From IMG/VR virus record IMGVR_UViG_3300020576_001396, positions 1 through 64,000 of that record: DNA of 64,000 nucleotides. One strand, written 5' to 3'. The translations under genes were made by a program, and so were the position numbers. Source of the DNA: a virus. Lineage: Duplodnaviria; Heunggongvirae; Uroviricota; Caudoviricetes. The notes beneath the pieces are model-generated. The model was not told where the DNA came from. It saw only the letters and a list, made by a program, of their open reading frames with translations, and searched no databases. Within the stretch, counting starts at the first letter, position 1; each line of letters begins with the position of its first letter. Below are positions 59,501 to 64,000 of the stretch, piece by piece.

Positions 59501-60277
59501 CTGTTTAAGTAACTGATTGTATGTGTCCTTAGCTTCAAATCCAGCTTCTATACCAGAGTTAAGTGCAGACATTGTTACTAGGTCAGCCTTCTTAACCCAA
59601 TTAGCAAATTTAGGTAAAGCCTCAGCAGCTATCTTACCTTCACGTACTGCTTTAGTAGTATTAGCAAAGGTCTTAGCTAGTTTAGTAAAGGCTCCTGTAG
59701 CTTCTCCCAACATGCTTATACCAGCAGATTCTAAGTAAGCTGATACTAGAAAAGCAACACCGTCTATAGCGTCATCCATCCAGAAACCAAGAGTACCCAT
59801 CTGTTGAAAGATGTTACCTTGATTATATCTGTTTGTGTGGTATATAGGCATTGCATCCTTTACAGACTGCTCTGCATTCTCCCAGAAGTTAACCCAACCA
59901 TTATCAAACGATTCAGCTAATGACTTATCTGTTAGTAGAGCTTCCCCCATACCGTATAAAAACCCACCGCCTTCTAGTAATTTAGTTGCAGCTGTACCAA
60001 CAAGACGACCAGCTCCATATACAATTTCTTGTCCTATAGGCTGGTCTTGTGCTCTAAGTTCAGGATTATCAGCTCCTACTTTTAAGTGGAAGTTATATTT
60101 AGTAGGGTCAAGATTAGTAGGTTCACCACCAGGCATGGTTTGTGAATCATTAAATCTTAACTGTCCGATATTTTCTGTAGGAAGAGCTGGTGTTTTTTGT
60201 TTACCCTCCAACCCTGTTGAAGGTGATATTTTATTCTGTGAACTTATTAGGTCCCCACCAGGTAAAATGTTTGCCAT
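47510..60277 (-). CDS. Giant 4255-aa protein. A crAss-type virion RNA polymerase (DFDID double-psi beta-barrel metal-binding motif) is fused to about 3000 aa of N-terminal sequence.
   Basis: Single 12.8-kb ORF with no stops. GSDFDIDKLYF encoded at 50264..50278 (residue about 3334). The N-terminal part is K/E-rich and coiled-coil. Confidence 0.8.
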   Translation of the reverse strand: MANILPGGDLISSQNKISPSTGLEGKQKTPALPTENIGQLRFNDSQTMPGGEPTNLDPTKYNFHLKVGADNPELRAQDQPIGQEIVYGAGRLVGTAATKLLEGGGFLYGMGEALLTDKSLAESFDNGWVNFWENAEQSVKDAMPIYHTNRYNQGNIFQQMGTLGFWMDDAIDGVAFLVSAYLESAGISMLGEATGAFTKLAKTFANTTKAVREGKIAAEALPKFANWVKKADLVTMSALNSGIEAGFEAKDTYNQLLKQGVSKEEAAKAARGTFLWNMGILMVPNYITNSMFFGKANTMSGRIKNITGPDGRLISEVAPITNAQRAVSFGKGMTESMVSEGAWEENIQLAVQDYWQKKAEGKEDRSQIDGIFSNWAKNWTTDEGQKSIALGMIIGMIPGGVSGVREAKEDRQNDVYLHTMLGHTIASVSKDLAKKDIYLKDDKGQVVIDEKTKEAVVDPFKLATVFVATYYTQANAKEMLAVANSNNQVMADRLEEERVSSLAYAYMNSEDGLEAFSTEMKNYARQKIESSKAKGEPIDEKEVNKLANQYIAKGQQYKTLFQNVQQAFAGLYNFQESKTGDKAKDTALYNLANTIKDQAVLKQFMASVDQMFWVDKAREIELDIAKTKATSVGETALGKDQVERLQKSLDAVNGMIKASEKQVKEVLNEKNWQKEYNDQKKKILEVADSNTETKPTETSTDNDFVTVRDKDGNEYTFQGKDKEGKLILVNKKTGKEETYTPEEATAKNIVLTGTVATPINEHLATLDKEMEERGTVTQPASTVHEEIKAREAEIQAQVDEEERNKARKESIVHELTNRNVTEVTGVETKEEVFKLATGEELAARYGDRTLAAMTLEEIFKSPLKEDELNVVYGNQHGTLFIDQETNEVVFKATDSGKEYIIGKTTDTELFSELKASDLGIIPLKHTIFDIRLDTDGTGIIVQGRRYVLDNDDLFSAIEEVDGEIHVTLKDVNGVSMTFTSQVLAAELAYTIELLHEAREVAYEAFLEEREKALQSDFAVVTDPSNGIEYNVYHMPDGSYKILYNTVDESVSNTKTNKNPLVYTSASQTTFVFPAKKRWNNGKSVTINFRQLPSKLKNGKPNPKYNKILRLYLNDLGSIIDKVAASYIEAGQRTTNDERTAIKNKIKDEIKEFIRNTRPATEEEIITAPGTSEIPVVKTESNEKAGQQTVAKTPGGTPLRQDGQPSTDTATQKTGNARNVEEVDPEPEKKKGRKKTNKDEEAIVDEKAEQLSKEPELSNDNTNKKDELGIETENLEDELDSAVERTKRERSHSSAHPATGVAYKAEDNTDLDKYLSNPTNNLKGFTLVATVDENYEGDDWKKGTVITREALAKTYRDRFNEEDYTALIDRVPIKLTLIDSNGNKMPFGGMYLHTSSFADEDTVVVTEEQYELFEVDPVKYEASRKKMIDEERKATREQRKAIMKDLMDGKKVVLSNLQKGAGLISQTKGTNRNILEVTNSADNGTMAISDGRNTLWDGKGPNPVAGRASSGNVIWATEETANGDTRNVKLNVAKVSEESARILLKAYQQLVNSKGGPNTLYEGDEVEGGLTVGEVIDYLVLDGQITNQSNKDTNVQYHGHLVSKTLYSDGGILYFGDKELNLRKKLTKEQENEFIDHITMNKNYIVPLKRENKYHKSGLGGKLAQTFKIGSITGSKGESYQSFLFRNGMVLTDLIKDPATGTIFSKPMFWFDPYGATKTVAPEEKKKKKTEKKPEKNEITEPEKKKAKAVANTDTGEIIQLKAKTLATLPAGSEIFIGLRGTQAVDDNDQPIGEVDDSKWTEVEVLAKTVVNGAGKVVFKVVTNKKKNREKLEEFDGAEIDVKGLATILKDKFNWPVYAELPKETTETKEELLGKLEELDTQELNEIDGVDPFAHAVVEGKPYEAGDLDKAIKNLRKKLGPGFTIKTEEDLIRVVTETGNVMAFGTFEKDAITLSKKLAKGTEYEEAFHRVSLLYLTPEQQQAIYAEARVKYKMKDATDRQVNERLAEDYREMETRGEKIEGAKGVFGKIKQFFTDLIDFIATVFTGKLRISNLDVNNLFRVMGKSSGMTGRLRWSTARKSSYEQLKRGDVYTHIVKGVQLERVKNTTQLTDIVNHLVFTMINHSGVIKTKDIGSLDYMVAREAMQKRVAWSTKKADEARASLKKVTARHYDDLAAFYQEIVDNYSIYLDLMKSQLEALGIRTILPENPEDETNMNGDNFRRYEKAAFELNGRDNAGAAIKLVIATLRATEELNSETLLNKFVDYDSMFDTLLTDLSEMGSVEDMIASLETKTTIPYKDLLAKLKADRETDPFDTLTTQFFHAMRKNRYKYRNALANKKAGKAGIEIADAETQKMGASQAAVWGQAFLLSEAFTNGMPNKTFLTSVIHDYTKLSNQVKVEYTNKKNNGTIPNYDSLFNSTIALFNKISIPIDKDTLNNILDKVDSSDRNKALYTFLVVKKTAPVFGNSGSFARLREQGKVTNNKGGEMLLDHIFKNESLFRDLIAPAYVEIHGGMKTNTILGPDGNPYYLLSENSYITDLFHAIRNNPDYGVNYNRLAKVGYNEHSYYLKQLADPDVRKKLEVVMFSYLSVTNARDRGRSYKDISDLEDTMVKIGLFESGLVVLPQLADRGHLYTMAGLKPLKFNYLYNDKTGELTLPQSVVDTFFYYAVDEYNQIQKVKKEIADAKKKGTEHLLKENYHFDASKGRTEEGYKNANGLKYQHFTGFNGKGYDLGTKDVKQLGIYKGYVRKVLEDRINDAMRDMHKQGIVLVSEQKGKIASVVNKMFDIDAIKRESKEFGGNQDITLRNKIANFQLNSIMATIEAEKMVFMSPAYYKNLDDKIKRYTAIASTGLVSRLNIPNSILPNDRLLHNNDNFTTAILATQKYDALSVREYLLPKFINIYMKNGYTAEAAEKRAEKALSNYTSVDPTDGQAYITPDMFRALSIRLGEWTEDKQEAFELSKLDRDLTLKEQQIVDDLFMQPLKFGYFGPEMGPNSASPLYYKMSLATLTPRLVKDTQLQHLYDRMTSESDPIDMVLFDSAVKVGVGPKIQYYVTDEDGVPNTDLVNISDVEDMPTGNASFQYLRRQTITEPHNELRDVVKTQFRKVSLSNIDDNRKYKVGNETLTGKELKEQNKEMMNELSDRGTDEFLNIIGVDKETMMSRDPEKLYDFIRTRARMSGMPDSLVDALAKQADGERFETDALPDRKWVQSAQISSLAKGSVDLKMPGTALIQMANFGLRKAEKDDSLQLIDKDGYMEAKVSIEVFRNAIPDYAKKTYAERLEYANAMFVGIGYRVPTQGLVSTVPLKIVGFLPETSTATVVLPSEFTTLTGSDFDIDKLYFIRHNYKIVGGKPVRVQFMTEENSSVDKRIEAYSHEAIADKARQMKKAWYAPLQQMYGKRKELKAILSKLRDDTESMMVDESDIDTKSPEYIKMVNMQSKAIASMVGNLSDEIAKMSKKLDEAIEEERLNWISDNAIDFLDWSIMKQNTKAAIENRLIDSYFSVLTANDHIIDNYMPLDAATGLLKDLASKVSELEGHSRNYPSLHTASYIYQGEVKHKYLWGKKGIGPFARANVHHILGQIAGIHLGTYIGVGNTMETEDGMVTDLSGKVGKDRESILDWLSALINAHVDIAKDAYIFSLNVNDATYSVGELLVRAGAGEQAFLFLAQPILKEYALAKNNYKGKLRAIDQKPLNYITSKYKKLLWNATVAEKLKKKVKSDDEIFDNDRLKKDINENTNQDAAFYARQLQILEKFAELNDIGKYLFQAVEATTVDTKRFGNNISELRRFTKLVNKVLKDNVIKNMDKLFDMTFIGNYYKNSVQLGQSIFKDTTVMASDCVTALSDRIMEEIGEADNVTQEGLYILNSINDDIFSGIVGRFMVNNMGVKPDTLSSMLYGDNTMVARLNKIKNNKLYSDNPFIKLLQPSMSFRPGIPDIIITFTATDVKTKWAKDRIIDGWAELIASDNKDVSDFAKDLVTYSFFTSGFSRSIYSIYNYVPPVYLKEIGFSKYMKNMRVQFNDVNNYALLESVHDDIFQNAWDDDDMVPRVSHTDVGESRKPNGERWGEKYPMQISIRFKTTIENLHIGYNTFGERVFKPFVKLVGESGQKPILYKYMGYITKDGVVEPVYVISKKKGYWEAGKKVVEFGQERSVIEGNDTKDLPGDFDPDSIGTEKGTDRVVYDFRSFQPMSMLNSQVAVPIGEDDIFDTSDLLEPGELLEDYSQTTGETVGTKVDGLTQQKIDETNDNYKHCNI

Positions 60278-60297
60278 ATGTTATTTTATTAATCCAC

Positions 60298-62493
60298 TTA
60301 TTTTGTAGAATTTGCTGGTAGATAATCTCTCATATACCACTCTATAATTGAACTTAAATCTGTTGCTAAGTATTCCTTCTCTCCTTCAAATCCTGTAGCC
60401 TTATATTGACCTGTTTTAGGGTCTTGTACTTTTTCAATACCCTTTCCTATAACTACGTATTTAGCCTCTGTTGGTGAAAATCCTGCATCGGAAGGTTCTA
60501 ACTTTCTTACTTTCAGAGACTGTTCTCCGAATCCAATTGTACTTTCTTTATCGTAGTTACGTTCAAGTCCTGTTAGTTGCTTTCTTATTTCAATACCTAC
60601 TGCGTTTTCCCAACCAGCGTTTATAAGTTTTGTTTCAACACCGTGAGGTGCGGTTATTACTACAGGGTCTCCGTATACTATATTATTCTTGGTATCTTTT
60701 TTATAAGGTCTGTATACAAGCAATAAACTTTGATCTGTAGAACTATATGTCACACCCTCAAACTTAGCAGTGCCTGATAGTTTACCATACTCTTTTGAAT
60801 CTAAGGGTTCCATAGTTTTCATGTCTCTTACAAGCATAGAACCTCCTCCTAGTCTGGTTCCTTTACCGTTCTCAGCTACCCAAGGACCCCATTGATCTTC
60901 CATGTACTGTGAATCAGCTTTGGATGGAAGGTTACTTACACCTACAACTTCAGAAGAAGCGGCAGCATCTGCTTTTAGAGCGTCGTTTAATCTTTTGTAA
61001 TTTCTAGATTTATTCTCAAGTTTCTTAGTGAGTATATCATTGTACTTAGACTGTGTTTTACTAAAGTCTTGACCAGCTCCTTTTGTATCTTCGCTTCCAG
61101 GTTGTGCTTCATTCCAAGCCTCTTCCTTGATCTTAGACATTTCCTTTTCAGTAAAGTCCTGCTCTACCTTCCAGTTTGTAAGACCTAACTTATCTTTTAT
61201 TTTAAATAGTTTATTGTCTATAGCAGCTTTAGTACGTTCGATTTGATCTTTCTCTTCTTTGAACATGTTCATTCTGGCACCTACTTCTACTCCATCCTCA
61301 TCAAGTTGCCTACCTACTATTCTTCCTTTGGCATCGGGTTTATTAAAATCAAAGGTATCAACCACTCCATACTTAGACATAAAAGCTTTCATACGTGTGT
61401 CTACATCTGCAGCTTGTTTATCAAGGTCGTTAGTTTTTACATTAATAGCTGTCATGGAGTTTAAGTCACTCTTAGGTACACCCATCGATTGAAATTGTAC
61501 AAAAGGAGTTTGTTTATCGTCTTGACTCCGGTTATAATCGGATAGCCATTTAGGATCATAAGATATGTTATACTCACCTTTAGTATTTACTCTTTCATTA
61601 ATGGCGCTACCTATTTGAGAAAAGTATTTCTCCGATGCTATTTGCATTACATCTCCACCGTTCTTTGCAGCTTCTGCTTTAGAATCTCTAATAAGCTGTT
61701 CCCCTTCAGGAGTAGATAAGAAATCAGACATAACACGTACAGCACCTCCTGTATCAGACAGTTTGTATGTTGTTTTACCTGTAGCAGGGTCTTTCTCTTT
61801 CACATAAGTAAGTCCGTAAGGAGCTGCTAAGGCATTTAAAGATTTACCAGCATTAGACTGGTCTATTATATAAGCTCCATTAGCATCTGTTTTAAAAGTA
61901 TCAAACTGATTGGATGACTCAGTTACGTTATCAACGTATTTCTCAATACCTGCTTTTATATCCGAGTTACCAAACCAATTACCTGGTGTCCATTTGCTGT
62001 TACCAGCCTCTTTCATCAGACCTACTGTACCTCCTATATTATGTATATCCTGTAAGGATTTATCTAATTCGTAAGTATTTGCCATAGTTGCTTTGGCTTC
62101 TCTCGCGTCTTGTTTAGACTTCATTGCAGTTTGATACTGACCAAGATTATATTGCATCCCCCTTAATACAGGGTCCATAGCCATTTCAGTACGTAGCTTA
62201 GCAACACCACGTTTAAATTCATAATTACCTGGTCCACCAGCGTTAGAGTATAAATCGTTAAGTTTATTCTCATAACTTTTTCTAACATCAAGATAATTCT
62301 TTTCGTCGAAGGGGGCTACCTGAAAATTAGACAGAGAAGCTAGTGTGTCATTAGCCATTTTATCTCCTTCTTCTACAAGAGACTGCTTCATCATACCTAT
62401 CTTAGCCATTTGGTCAAATGGAATAGGTACATATGTATTTATAAATTGTGCCTGTGCAGGCGTATCATATCTGTTTATCGCGGCCATGTCCAA
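60298..62493 (-). CDS. Structural protein (tail or cargo-associated), 731 aa
   Basis: Large ORF in the late operon. Start overlaps the upstream gene's end by 19 nt. Confidence 0.7.
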   Translation of the reverse strand: MDMAAINRYDTPAQAQFINTYVPIPFDQMAKIGMMKQSLVEEGDKMANDTLASLSNFQVAPFDEKNYLDVRKSYENKLNDLYSNAGGPGNYEFKRGVAKLRTEMAMDPVLRGMQYNLGQYQTAMKSKQDAREAKATMANTYELDKSLQDIHNIGGTVGLMKEAGNSKWTPGNWFGNSDIKAGIEKYVDNVTESSNQFDTFKTDANGAYIIDQSNAGKSLNALAAPYGLTYVKEKDPATGKTTYKLSDTGGAVRVMSDFLSTPEGEQLIRDSKAEAAKNGGDVMQIASEKYFSQIGSAINERVNTKGEYNISYDPKWLSDYNRSQDDKQTPFVQFQSMGVPKSDLNSMTAINVKTNDLDKQAADVDTRMKAFMSKYGVVDTFDFNKPDAKGRIVGRQLDEDGVEVGARMNMFKEEKDQIERTKAAIDNKLFKIKDKLGLTNWKVEQDFTEKEMSKIKEEAWNEAQPGSEDTKGAGQDFSKTQSKYNDILTKKLENKSRNYKRLNDALKADAAASSEVVGVSNLPSKADSQYMEDQWGPWVAENGKGTRLGGGSMLVRDMKTMEPLDSKEYGKLSGTAKFEGVTYSSTDQSLLLVYRPYKKDTKNNIVYGDPVVITAPHGVETKLINAGWENAVGIEIRKQLTGLERNYDKESTIGFGEQSLKVRKLEPSDAGFSPTEAKYVVIGKGIEKVQDPKTGQYKATGFEGEKEYLATDLSSIIEWYMRDYLPANSTK

Positions 62494-63959
62494 TTATTTT
62501 TAGGAGCTAACTCAATTTGATTGCTTGTATTAAAGGTGTTATCGGGTTGTACCATGCCTCCTCTGTAAGGACGTATAGCACTAGGGTTAACTCCACCTGG
62601 AGAATTATATCCTACGTTAGATGTATCAGCTTTGTTAAAACCACCAGTTCCACCAGAGAACATTTTCATCCAACTCATGTATTGATTCATCATCATATCA
62701 TCACGGGACTTCTGGTTGTTCATCTGCTGCTGTATCTGTGAGTACTGACTCAACTGACCTGCTGCAGCTGCACCAAAGTTACGCTGTGCTGCTTGGTTTC
62801 TAGCATTAAGGTCTGACACCATTAGATTAGTATCAGCCATCTTCTGACCAAGTGCTCCCTGTGTCTGCCCGTATTCACCAAGGTACTGATTACGTTGCTG
62901 TTGTCCCTGTGCGTATATGTTAGACTTGTTAGTCATACTTGCGTTCTCTAAAGCTATCCTACCAGCCATGTATTGACCACGACCAGAAGCTGTAGAACGT
63001 ATGTTAGCGTCAGCCCCTGCTACTGCCGCATCACTGGCCTGCAGAGCAGGTGTCATGTTAGGCTGACGATTTCTCATCGTATCTAAGGCAGAGTAGGCTA
63101 AAGGATTCTGAAATGCAGCCGGGTTAAGATTCTCAGCAGGTTGCATAGACCTACCCATATTGTATAATGTAGGGGCTAACTGTGCAGCACCTTGAAGTAA
63201 GTCTTTACCGTTATTCTTCAAGAACGTTTTACCCGCTCCCATTATAGCTCCCCAGTCTGCTGCTCCACCACCCATAGGTGTACCACCTTCTTGCACACGT
63301 TTCTGTGCATCAGCTACTATCAACGGTTGGTATTCAGCTTTAAGTTGTTCTAGTCTCCTCGAGGCTGTCTTACGCTGTAATGGAGTAGCTGAGTTACTGT
63401 TAAGTACCTTATTCCATTTAGTTATCTCAGGCTTCTGCCTAGCAGCAATAGCCTTAGCTTGTGCTGTATTCTCAGGACTTACAATGACAGTACCATCTTC
63501 TAGAGTAACAGTAGTATCATCTACTGGTCTTCTAGCACCAACTTTCTCAGTAGGTAAAGCAGTACCATCAGGTCCTATCAACATTTCTTTATTACGTAGT
63601 TTAACAGGGCTACCCCCTTGTACTACACCGCCTTTAGCTGCCATCCATGGATTTGTAAAATTGTTTAAAGAGCCACCAGCATTTACTTGAGCTGCGCCCA
63701 TCTGTTGAGCGACTAAAGCTTGCTGTGCTTCTTGTTGTCTCTCTAATTTCTTTTCTTTGAAGTGGTCTACTAAACCTGTAGCTAGTCCTGCAACACCGCC
63801 TATAATAGCACCAGGAACGGATAGTACCCCTCCCCCACCTATAGCTCCAGTGCCAGCTCCTACAGCAGTACTTGTAAGTATACCACCTAAACTGTACTGA
63901 GGTATACCACCACTATAACGTACTGGCTGCCTTAATATCTTTTCTCTTCTCGTCTTCAT
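62475..63959 (-). CDS. Structural protein with a Gly-rich N-terminus and a Q/N/M-rich C-terminus, 494 aa
   Basis: GGIPQYSLGGILTSTAVGAGTGAIGGGGVLSVPG... low-complexity N-terminus. Confidence 0.65.
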   Translation of the reverse strand: MKTRREKILRQPVRYSGGIPQYSLGGILTSTAVGAGTGAIGGGGVLSVPGAIIGGVAGLATGLVDHFKEKKLERQQEAQQALVAQQMGAAQVNAGGSLNNFTNPWMAAKGGVVQGGSPVKLRNKEMLIGPDGTALPTEKVGARRPVDDTTVTLEDGTVIVSPENTAQAKAIAARQKPEITKWNKVLNSNSATPLQRKTASRRLEQLKAEYQPLIVADAQKRVQEGGTPMGGGAADWGAIMGAGKTFLKNNGKDLLQGAAQLAPTLYNMGRSMQPAENLNPAAFQNPLAYSALDTMRNRQPNMTPALQASDAAVAGADANIRSTASGRGQYMAGRIALENASMTNKSNIYAQGQQQRNQYLGEYGQTQGALGQKMADTNLMVSDLNARNQAAQRNFGAAAAGQLSQYSQIQQQMNNQKSRDDMMMNQYMSWMKMFSGGTGGFNKADTSNVGYNSPGGVNPSAIRPYRGGMVQPDNTFNTSNQIELAPKNNWTWPR

Positions 63960-64000
63960 TATCTATAACTTACTCGGTATTTAACAGTTACATAAGGTAC

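Noticed and set aside
48288-59738. Many 60-137-aa plus-strand ORFs inside the giant minus-strand genes
   Set aside because: They are antisense to continuous multi-kb ORFs with coherent protein-like composition. They are Ser/Leu-rich reverse-frame artefacts.
42839-60277. Possible stop-codon reassignment (TAG or TGA recoding), known in some crAss-like phages
   Set aside because: The late genes are intact multi-kb ORFs under the standard code, and TAG/TGA terminate compact small genes. There is no fragmentation pattern, and the tRNA anticodons found are not CTA/TCA suppressors.
1-64000. CRISPR arrays, reverse transcriptase/DGR, integrase/att sites, transposases
   Set aside because: No regularly spaced direct repeats, no YxDD reverse transcriptase motif and no recombinase-like ORF were seen by eye in any frame.

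Overview
The window reads as a segment of a crAss-like (Crassvirales-type) Bacteroidetes phage genome, organised in three blocks. Block 1 (1-4552, minus strand) holds a class-II-like ribonucleotide reductase with the NPCGE motif, small zinc-ribbon and membrane proteins, and a GroES-like protein. Block 2 (about 5550-42300, plus strand, after a 1-kb divergent intergenic region) is an early/replication region. It starts with an accessory stretch (about 5.5-20 kb) containing at least five tRNA or tRNA-like genes: tRNA-Glu(TTC), tRNA-Thr(TGT), an atypical CAA-anticodon tRNA, a type-II-like tRNA, and a tRNA whose anticodon loop carries a roughly 165-nt insertion next to a free-standing HNH endonuclease. 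The same stretch holds a 45-aa ORF resembling ribosomal protein bTHX, an SPFH/band-7 lipoprotein, many small unknown genes, and a 1.35-kb ORF-free hairpin-rich segment that may be a large ncRNA. Block 2 continues with a replication module: family-A DNA polymerase with 3'-5' exonuclease, SF4/DnaB-like helicase, AAA_24/Sak4-like ATPase, Mre11/SbcD-like metallophosphoesterase, DnaG-type Toprim primase, PD-(D/E)xK nucleases and an M42/M28-like metallopeptidase. Block 3 (42391-63959, minus strand) is a late operon of tightly coupled giant genes. It includes a 4255-aa ORF with a DFDID motif (crAss-type virion RNA polymerase fused to about 3000 aa of extra N-terminal sequence) and a 1555-aa protein with an HEYGH zinc-peptidase motif, preceded by an endonuclease-VII-type HNH gene at the convergent junction. 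Other signals seen directly: about a dozen plus-strand genes share an AAATCAAAATG start context; a GTGCTTGCAC-core terminator hairpin recurs three times; and several genes have markedly higher GC and NNC-codon bias. No CRISPR array, reverse transcriptase/DGR or sign of stop-codon reassignment was seen. All functional calls rest on hand-read motifs; no database search was possible.
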